Below the pieces are notes generated by a model. It worked only from the letters and a program-made list of their open reading frames with translations, was not told the DNA's origin and did no database searches. From positions 69,942 to 133,941 of the forward strand of contig CALXEQ010000003.1 of NCBI GenBank assembly GCA_944387375.1: DNA of 64,000 bases, given 5' to 3'. Of this stretch, positions 40,385 to 46,845 are shown in pieces (the stretch's first letter is position 1; every line of letters begins with the position of its first letter). The stretch comes from an uncultured Clostridia bacterium (GTDB lineage Bacteria > Bacillota > Clostridia > TANB77 > CAG-465). A program made the translations under genes and the position numbers.

Positions 40385-41059
40385 TTAAATAAATGTTTTA
40401 TTAATTGCTGTAGAAATAAATGACAACACATTAAGAGTTGTGAAAATTAAAATAATACCTATTATATACATAGCACTTTTTTCTTTCAGTTTTGCTTTTA
40501 CTTCGGGACCAGAAAAAATATACTTTACTCCCATATAAACTGTAACTATAACTGCAATAAATTTGGCAGCTAATACTATTATACTAAAAACGCTTGCAAA
40601 AGCACTTTCAAGACTAGAGCCATTAAAAATAAATAGTTGTGTATTTCCAGAAACTCCTGAAACAGCTATATTACCTGTGTTTTGATCATAACTAATATTC
40701 CTGATAAGTAAACCTCTTATATTGGACCATCCAAAGAAAAATATACATGCCACCAATAAAGTAACAAGATTTTCTTTAACAGAAACTTTATCAGATACAC
40801 TTCCTAAAACATATTTTATACCCAAAACAACCGTAGCTATAGCAATAGCTCCTGTTCCTATAGTTTCTACAATATTAGCTATTTGACTAATAACACTAGA
40901 ATCAAAATAAATATCAGTACTTCCCTGGGAATACCATTGAGACGCTTCACTCCAAAAGTCATACGTACTATTATTTTGACTATCGCTAGCATATAAATTA
41001 TTTAAAAATATTGTCATCATAAAAATCATTCCTAATAAAATAATATTTTTCTTTTTCAT
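40385..41059 (-). CDS. tandem-duplicated VirB2/TrbC-like pilin protein
   Basis: Signal peptide plus two copies of the pilin module: IAIATVVLGIKYVLGSVSDKVSVKENLVTLLVACIFFFG and IAVIVTVYMGVKYIFSGPEVKAKLKEKSAMYIIGIILIFTTL. Start uncertain: ATG at 41059 or TTG at 41071. Confidence 0.5.
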   Translation of the reverse strand: MKKKNIILLGMIFMMTIFLNNLYASDSQNNSTYDFWSEASQWYSQGSTDIYFDSSVISQIANIVETIGTGAIAIATVVLGIKYVLGSVSDKVSVKENLVTLLVACIFFFGWSNIRGLLIRNISYDQNTGNIAVSGVSGNTQLFIFNGSSLESAFASVFSIIVLAAKFIAVIVTVYMGVKYIFSGPEVKAKLKEKSAMYIIGIILIFTTLNVLSFISTAINKTFI

Positions 41060-41199
41060 ATTAAACCACAACCCTATTTTTTATAAATAGTTACTCCTTT
41101 CTAGTATAAAATCAAATATTAAATATAGTATAACATATATTAAAGCTATATTAGTAAATTATATATATTTTTTTTATTTTTGTAATAATAGTGAAATAT

Positions 41200-41565
41200 T
41201 TATATACTTGTCATAACATTATTTGATATGTTAGTAATAAATCCTATTATTGTTGGAGCCGCAAATACTAAAATAGTTCCTACTATAAGCCATATTAAAG
41301 TTTCTTTTATCTTCGCTTTATCATTTGAAGCAGCATACATATACTTTACTCCTGTAAAAACAACTCCACAAACTGCCGCAACTTGTAGTACTAAAAGAAT
41401 TGTAGAACCTACACGTGACATTACACCATCTAAAGCTGTATTTCCCTCATTAGCAACATTACCATATAAATCTTCATTAAACCCATTTCCTAAAACAGCA
41501 AAAATATAAGTATTACATATACTAAACAATACTAAAGTTATTAAAAGAATCTTTTTAAATTTCAT
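41200..41565 (-). CDS. VirB2/TrbC-like pilin (prepilin with signal peptide)
   Basis: Signal peptide MKFKKILLITLVLFSICNTYIFA, then two hydrophobic helices separated by KYMYAASNDKAKIKETL. RBS AAGAGGTAG. Confidence 0.55.
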   Translation of the reverse strand: MKFKKILLITLVLFSICNTYIFAVLGNGFNEDLYGNVANEGNTALDGVMSRVGSTILLVLQVAAVCGVVFTGVKYMYAASNDKAKIKETLIWLIVGTILVFAAPTIIGFITNISNNVMTSI

Positions 41566-41740
41566 TTTTCTACCTCTTTTCTATATTCTTATTTATATTA
41601 TACTATATATTATTTTTTTAATCAATTAAAATATTAGTAATATTATGAATTTATAAGCAAAAAATGAACCTCTGAAAAATATCAAAGGTTCATTTTTAAT
41701 TAAGTGCACTTAGTATTATTTAACATATTTATAATCTTAA

Positions 41741-42094
41741 TTATTGTATAACACTATTACCAGCATCAATAATAAATTGAACAACTGTACTTGCTGCGAA
41801 TACTAATATGGCACCTACAACAAGACCAATCATACCATTTTTAATTTCTGCTTTACCATCAGCACTAGCAAACATATACTTAACACCAGCAAATACTATA
41901 GCTGCAATTGCACATATTTGAAGAACTGTAAGAACTGTGCTCCATACGCTTGATACAGCAGTATTAACATTTCCAATTCCTTGACCACTACCCATATTTT
42001 GAATTTCCTCAGGAGTTCGTGCTAACACTGGACAAGTAACAATTACTAATGCTACAAGAACGATTGGCATAACTCTTAACATAAATTTTTTCAT
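41741..42094 (-). CDS. VirB2/TrbC-like pilin (prepilin with signal peptide)
   Basis: Paralog of the 41200 gene (VFAGVKYMFASADGKAEIKNGMIGLVVGAILVFAAS). Start ATG at 42094 with RBS AAAGGAGGGTG. Confidence 0.55.
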   Translation of the reverse strand: MKKFMLRVMPIVLVALVIVTCPVLARTPEEIQNMGSGQGIGNVNTAVSSVWSTVLTVLQICAIAAIVFAGVKYMFASADGKAEIKNGMIGLVVGAILVFAASTVVQFIIDAGNSVIQ

Positions 42095-42126
42095 TATAAA
42101 CACCCTCCTTTGTTTACTCTATTATA

Positions 42127-42155
42127 ATTATACCAAATTTTGGATTAATAATCAA
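42127..42155 (-). promoter_or_regulatory. consensus-like sigma-A promoter TTGATT-17-TATAAT driving the T4SS-like operon
   Basis: Minus strand reads TTGATTattaatccaaaatttggTATAAT(TATAAT). The -10 element is duplicated. About 25 nt upstream of the first pilin gene. Confidence 0.5.
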
Positions 42156-42272
42156 TAGTTTTAATATTTTTTGCCTCTTTAAATGCGAATTTTTATAGAG
42201 TTTTGCTATATTTCTACCCAAATTTTTAGTATATTTTTCTTTACTTTTTTTAATTTACATATATACTATGTA

Positions 42273-42788
42273 ATGGTGATTCTTTTGAAAAAATTTTATT
42301 TTATTTATATTATTGTAATTATACTATATTTTTATTCATTTTCAAACAAAAATTCTGAAAAAAATTTACAAAATAATAATGTTTCTTTTATATATCCTAC
42401 CGAATATACTTCTCTTTCTTCTGAATATGGTAATAGATATTTATATGGATATCAAAACTTTCATGACGGAATAGATTTCTTAGCACCTCAAAATAGTTTA
42501 GTATATGCAAGCTGCGATGGATATGTAATATATTCTTCTTTTTTAGAAACCGGTTATGGAAATACTGTTATTATTTCTCATTCAAATAACTTAAGAACTT
42601 TATACTGTCATTTATCTGAAAATTTTATTGTTAAACCTGGTCAATATGTTAAGCAAGGGGAAATAATAGGATATGTTGGACCAAGATTTTTATCAAATGG
42701 AATACAAAATGGAAATACTACTGGTCCTCACCTTCATTTTTCTATATATAAGGATAATTTCAGCATAAATCCATTAAATTTATTATAA
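42273..42788 (+). CDS. M23 (LytM) family metallo-endopeptidase, membrane-anchored
   Basis: HxxxD motif (HDGIDF), GYGNTVIISH, HLHF motif. N-terminal hydrophobic anchor. Start ATG at 42273. Confidence 0.75.
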   Translation: MVILLKKFYFIYIIVIILYFYSFSNKNSEKNLQNNNVSFIYPTEYTSLSSEYGNRYLYGYQNFHDGIDFLAPQNSLVYASCDGYVIYSSFLETGYGNTVIISHSNNLRTLYCHLSENFIVKPGQYVKQGEIIGYVGPRFLSNGIQNGNTTGPHLHFSIYKDNFSINPLNLL

Positions 42789-42823
42789 ATTTAACATTTT
42801 TTTAATAATTTTGTAAAAAAGTA

Positions 42824-42852
42824 TTGACTTTTATTAAATTCAGTATTATAAT
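42824..42852 (+). promoter_or_regulatory. perfect-consensus sigma-A promoter TTGACT-17-TATAAT with no downstream ORF
   Basis: ttgact at 42824-42829, 17-nt spacer, tataat at 42847-42852. Confidence 0.5.
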
Positions 42853-42858
42853 TCAAAT

Positions 42859-43002
42859 CGTGTCAATTTTAGATTAAAAATTGACGTTATCATACATATC
42901 TTAATCATTTATAAATGATTAATTCTTTTTTACTCTGGGAATTTATTCCTGGAGTTTTTTATAAAATAAAAATATCAGGATATTTCTTCCTGATATTTTT
43001 AT
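42859..43002 (+). ncRNA. candidate small RNA (~145 nt) between the M23 peptidase and SSB genes
   Basis: Bounded by the consensus promoter upstream and a hairpin plus T-run terminator (42974-42994). Contains three further inverted repeats (42862-42885, ~42901-42922, ~42945-42960). No RBS-preceded ORF. Confidence 0.3.
42974..42994. terminator. bidirectional intrinsic terminator between the convergent M23/sRNA and SSB genes
   Basis: ATCAGGA-tatttct-TCCTGAT hairpin with T-runs on both strands. The ssb stop is at 42999-43001. Confidence 0.5.
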
Positions 43003-43622
43003 TTTTCTACTTTAGCAAATTTTGATACAGAAACTTCATATGCTACTTTCTTTTCAACTTCCCCATTTTCTAATTTTTTTTCATAAGCTCTTGATTGTAT
43101 TCTACCACTTAATTTTACCAAACTACCTACTTTTAAAGTATCACAAAATTTTGCATTTCTTCCCCATAATATACATGGTATATAATCTGATTTTTTATAC
43201 GTTCTATTAACTGCTATTAAAACATCTGCTATTTCTCTTCCTAAAGGAGTTTTTCTATATACAGGTTCTTTACAAATATATCCTATCAAATTTGCATTAT
43301 TTAATGTAACTATTGTATTGTCCTCTAAAAATTCTATTTCTTTTACAAAAACAGATAACACAAGTTTATTTTTCTTTTCTCCTTGCATATTGTATGATCT
43401 AAATTGACCATTAATCTTTACTATTTTATCTACCTGAATTTTATTTATATCAACTAATCTTTCTGATATTATAACAGGTAATATATCCTCATAATTACTT
43501 AGTCTTTTACTTTTTATTGAAAACTTATAAAATTTTTCTTCGAATATTTCATGACTAAATTCAGGTTCACTAATAATTACCCCACCTATAGCTACATTGT
43601 TATTTTCCATATAATTTTCCAC
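42999..43622 (-). CDS. single-stranded DNA-binding protein with two tandem OB folds and no acidic C-terminal tail
   Basis: Domain 2 matches SSB (LIAVNRTY, ILWGRNAKF, GSLVKLSGRIQSRAYE). Domain 1 is a degenerate copy. It ends ...KFAKVEK without the D-D-D-I-P-F type tail. Confidence 0.7.
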   Translation of the reverse strand: MENYMENNNVAIGGVIISEPEFSHEIFEEKFYKFSIKSKRLSNYEDILPVIISERLVDINKIQVDKIVKINGQFRSYNMQGEKKNKLVLSVFVKEIEFLEDNTIVTLNNANLIGYICKEPVYRKTPLGREIADVLIAVNRTYKKSDYIPCILWGRNAKFCDTLKVGSLVKLSGRIQSRAYEKKLENGEVEKKVAYEVSVSKFAKVEK

Positions 43623-43682
43623 TTTTTATCCTCCTTATGTTTATTTATATATTTAATCTTATGTTTTAATAGCAAAAAAAAT

Positions 43683-43715
43683 TACTGTGATATACGCATT
43701 ATATCACAATAATTT
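43683..43715 (-). terminator. intrinsic terminator after the TraX-like gene
   Basis: Inverted repeat attactgtgatata/tatatcacaataat (one mismatch) with a T-run on the minus strand. Confidence 0.4.
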
Positions 43716-43756
43716 TTATTTGTAAATATGTTATGTAAATTATGTTTGCTATACAT

Positions 43757-44482
43757 TTAGATTTTATAGAACATAAAACCTATAATCATAAATAAAATAT
43801 ACTGTACAGGATAAAAATAATAAAATAACTTTTTATTTGAAAATCCTTTTTTACCATTATATAAATATATAGGTATAATTGCAAATAAACTATACTTCAT
43901 TATACTTTCTCCAAACAATATTAAAAATAATACACAACTACTAAATACCAATGCTTTCTTATATTTAATTTTATCATATAAAAACAAAATAGTTATAAAG
44001 AATGGAATTATAAATCCATATTCTATATCTAAAATTATATATAAAGAAAACAAAATTAAAATTAGCAATATATTTATAAATATCTTTTTCACATTATTAG
44101 TTTTTATTATATTATCTAATATAACTAAATAAAGTAAAGAAATTGAAAAAGAAAATAATATATTAGGCTCTCTATAAAAGTTTATACCATAGGTATTATC
44201 TATTAAATTAATTATTGTACCTACAATTATTACTAAAACTTGAGTGATAATTGCAAATTTTAATACTCTAATGATATATTGCTTTAAATCTTTTGTATGT
44301 TTATACCCCTGATAAATTAAAAATGCAAATAAAGGCATCGATATTCTTCCTATACTTCTTAATATATCATATTCATTATTTTCCAAAGCATAGTAGAAAA
44401 AATATCCAATATGATCAATTATCATAGTTATTATAGCTATTATTCTTATATCAAAGGACGAAAAAATTTTTAACGATTTCAT
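43757..44482 (-). CDS. TraX family polytopic membrane protein (putative acyl/acetyltransferase)
   Basis: N-terminal IIAIITMIIDHIGYFFY, the DHIG motif typical of TraX-family proteins. About 8 TM helices. Start codon lies 3 nt after the pgi stop. Confidence 0.6.
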   Translation of the reverse strand: MKSLKIFSSFDIRIIAIITMIIDHIGYFFYYALENNEYDILRSIGRISMPLFAFLIYQGYKHTKDLKQYIIRVLKFAIITQVLVIIVGTIINLIDNTYGINFYREPNILFSFSISLLYLVILDNIIKTNNVKKIFINILLILILFSLYIILDIEYGFIIPFFITILFLYDKIKYKKALVFSSCVLFLILFGESIMKYSLFAIIPIYLYNGKKGFSNKKLFYYFYPVQYILFMIIGFMFYKI

Positions 44483-44484
44483 AT

Positions 44485-45795
44485 TTATTCCTTACTTTTT
44501 AATAATCCAAGCATATTTTTCTTATATGCTTCAACACCTGGTTGATCAAATGGATTTACACCAAGTAAATATCCACTTATTGCACAAGCTTTTTCAAAAA
44601 AGTATATTAATTGACCTATATTATACTCTGTAAGATCCTCTAAATTAATTACCATTGTAGGAACCTTTCCATCAACATGAGCTTTTAGAGTTCCTTTAAA
44701 AGCTTGCTTATTTATATAGTCTATTTCTTTTCCTGCTAAATAATTTAAATTATCAAAATTATCTTCTAATTCTGGCAAATAAGTTAAGCTTCTATCTACC
44801 TGAACATTTATAACAGTTTCAAAAATATTTCTTTTTCCGTCTTGTATCCATTGTCCCATAGAATGCAGATCTGTAGTAAAGTTTACACCTGCAGGGAAAA
44901 TTCCTTTTCCATCTTTTCCTTCACTTTCGCCAAATAATTGTTTATACCATTCAATAAAATATTGAAAACTTGGCTCATAGCTTGCAAGTAATTCTATATC
45001 TTTTCCAGATTCTCTTAAAATATTTCTATATGCTGCATATTTATAACAGTCATTATTTGACACATCTTTATTGTTAAATACAAATGATGCAAATTGTGCT
45101 CCATCAAGTACATCTTCAAAGTTAATATTTGCAACTGCCATTGGAAGAAGTCCTACTGCTGTAAGCACAGAATATCTTCCTCCAACATCTTTTGGTATCT
45201 TAAACATTTCATATTCATTTTTTATTGCCAAATCATGTAAAATACCTTTTTCAGGATCTGTTGTAACATATATTCTAGATGCTGCCATAACCTCACCATA
45301 CTTTTGCTCTAATACTACTTTTAAAGTCCTAAAAGTTACTGCAGGCTCTAATGTTGAACCAGACTTAGATATAACATTAATGGCAAAATCCTTATCTTCA
45401 AGATACTCAACTAAATTTCTTAAATATTTACCACTTAAATTATTTCCTGCAAAAATAATTTGTGGATGTTTTCTTTCAGAATAAGTTTGTAAATTAGAAA
45501 ATGTTGAATCAAACAAATCTATAATAGCCTTTGCTCCAAGATAAGAACCACCAATTCCAATAACCACAAAAACATCAGCTTGTTTATTTATTCTTTTTGC
45601 ACATTTTTTTATTTTTTCTATTTCTTCTTCATCTCTATTTGCTGGCAAATCAATCCAGCCTAACATATCGCTACCTTTACCAGATTTATTTTCTAACATA
45701 TCATGTGCCTGTTCTACTCTTTTGCACATTCCTTCATATTCTTCATCTGTTATAAAAGGTTTTATACCGTCATCTTCTAAAAATATACCTTGCAT
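44485..45795 (-). CDS. pgi: glucose-6-phosphate isomerase
   Basis: Firmicute-type PGI: VVIGIGGSYLGAKA, GGRYSVLTAVGLLP, and the GESEGK motif region. Confidence 0.9.
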   Translation of the reverse strand: MQGIFLEDDGIKPFITDEEYEGMCKRVEQAHDMLENKSGKGSDMLGWIDLPANRDEEEIEKIKKCAKRINKQADVFVVIGIGGSYLGAKAIIDLFDSTFSNLQTYSERKHPQIIFAGNNLSGKYLRNLVEYLEDKDFAINVISKSGSTLEPAVTFRTLKVVLEQKYGEVMAASRIYVTTDPEKGILHDLAIKNEYEMFKIPKDVGGRYSVLTAVGLLPMAVANINFEDVLDGAQFASFVFNNKDVSNNDCYKYAAYRNILRESGKDIELLASYEPSFQYFIEWYKQLFGESEGKDGKGIFPAGVNFTTDLHSMGQWIQDGKRNIFETVINVQVDRSLTYLPELEDNFDNLNYLAGKEIDYINKQAFKGTLKAHVDGKVPTMVINLEDLTEYNIGQLIYFFEKACAISGYLLGVNPFDQPGVEAYKKNMLGLLKSKE

Positions 45796-45851
45796 ATATC
45801 ATTACCTCCTTAAATTAATATATATCAATTATATGCTCATAATATCATATC

Positions 45852-46418
45852 TTATTTTTTTTTACAATAATATTGTTCCAATTTTTCCTTTAATTCATAA
45901 TACTTGTCATAAATTTTTTCATCACTAAACTTTTTCCACTCTTCAATATTATCTTCTAATAAATAGTTTCTCATTTTAGTTGCTGATATCATAAGAGAAT
46001 CCCTATCAACATATACTTCAGTTAATTTTTTTACTGCCTCTTTTGAAAAACATCTAAAAATATCTTTATCTTTACCATATATTATACAATTTGGATATCC
46101 ACCAAGTATATCTTTTGCACTTTTCAAAACATAATCTCCCCAAAGTGGTGTAAGAGCTCTACTATCCTTAAAGTCATTTAAAGGAGCAATTATAATTTTA
46201 CCTGTTTTTACTTCATCTTGATATATAGTTTCAATTAATAATTTTCTATATTCATATGTATACGGATTTCTACTACTAATTTTTTGATTAGCAGATCCTA
46301 TAAATATTAATAATTTATCACAAAGTCTAAGACCTATTTCTATTAATTTTTGATGTCCTTTATGAATATGTTGAAATCTTCCAACTATTATTCCATATTT
46401 AAATATTCCTTCTTGCAT
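45852..46418 (-). CDS. cytidylyltransferase-like protein, archaeal-type NMN adenylyltransferase (NadM)-like
   Basis: HxGH-type nucleotidyltransferase motif GRFQHIHKGH at the N-terminus. 188 aa. Confidence 0.55.
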   Translation of the reverse strand: MQEGIFKYGIIVGRFQHIHKGHQKLIEIGLRLCDKLLIFIGSANQKISSRNPYTYEYRKLLIETIYQDEVKTGKIIIAPLNDFKDSRALTPLWGDYVLKSAKDILGGYPNCIIYGKDKDIFRCFSKEAVKKLTEVYVDRDSLMISATKMRNYLLEDNIEEWKKFSDEKIYDKYYELKEKLEQYYCKKK

Positions 46419-46499
46419 TTTAACACCCCAATCTAAATATATAATATATCATAAATACAAAAATTACTATATATTTTTTAATTTTTTCCTTCAAATTAT

Positions 46500-46527
46500 T
46501 TACAATTATTTATTTTTTTGCTATAAT
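46500..46527 (+). promoter_or_regulatory. promoter for tRNA-Lys (TTACAA-16-TATAAT)
   Basis: -10 tataat at 46522-46527, about 20 nt before the tRNA 5' end. Confidence 0.4.
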
Positions 46528-46546
46528 ATCTATTGTACAATGTTAT

Positions 46547-46622
46547 GTACCTTTAGCTCAGTCGGTAGAGCAGCTGCCTCTTAAGCAGTTTGTCCGGGGT
46601 TCGAGCCCCCGAAGGTGCACCA
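46547..46622 (+). tRNA. tRNA-Lys (anticodon CUU)
   Basis: Cloverleaf folded by hand. Acceptor GTACCTT/AAGGTGC, D-arm GCTC/GAGC, anticodon stem GCTGC/GCAGT with loop CUCUUAA, T-arm CGGGG-TTCGAGC-CCCCG. Discriminator A, encoded CCA. Confidence 0.85.
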
Positions 46623-46628
46623 AGCACA

Positions 46629-46669
46629 ATGCACTTACAGATTATTATATTTGTAAGTGCATTTTTGTT
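46629..46669 (+). terminator. intrinsic terminator of tRNA-Lys
   Basis: ATGCACTTACA/TGTAAGTGCAT 11-bp stem followed by TTTTGTT. Confidence 0.55.
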
Positions 46670-46684
46670 CCCAGTAATACATAA

Positions 46685-46722
46685 AGAACAAGTAAAGTAC
46701 ATTTACATACTTTACTTGTTCT
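46685..46722. repeat. 15-bp perfect inverted repeat AGAACAAGTAAAGTA/TACTTTACTTGTTCT (8-nt loop)
   Basis: Direct read. Not followed by a U-run on either strand. Confidence 0.4.
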
Positions 46723-46845
46723 TAGAAAAAAAATTATCTGAATTCTTAAGTCTCATAAAAAGAAATTTTTAATTCTTTTTACACTTATATTCTATTATTA
46801 AATTTTAATATTGTCAAGCATTTTTTAAAATTTTATTATAAGTGT

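Noticed and set aside
40385-42094. Interpreting the small signal-peptide proteins as class II bacteriocin precursors or holins
   Set aside because: They have no double-glycine leader. They show a conserved two-helix core with a GxKY...K..LK loop repeated four times. They also sit directly upstream of VirB3/VirB4-like genes, which fits VirB2/TrbC-type pilins better.
25107-43622. Classification of the T4SS block as a complete ICE, conjugative transposon or prophage
   Set aside because: No integrase, recombinase, relaxase, T4CP, excisionase, capsid or terminase genes are present in or next to the block, and the flanks are essential genes. Only a remnant or domesticated status can be argued from this window.
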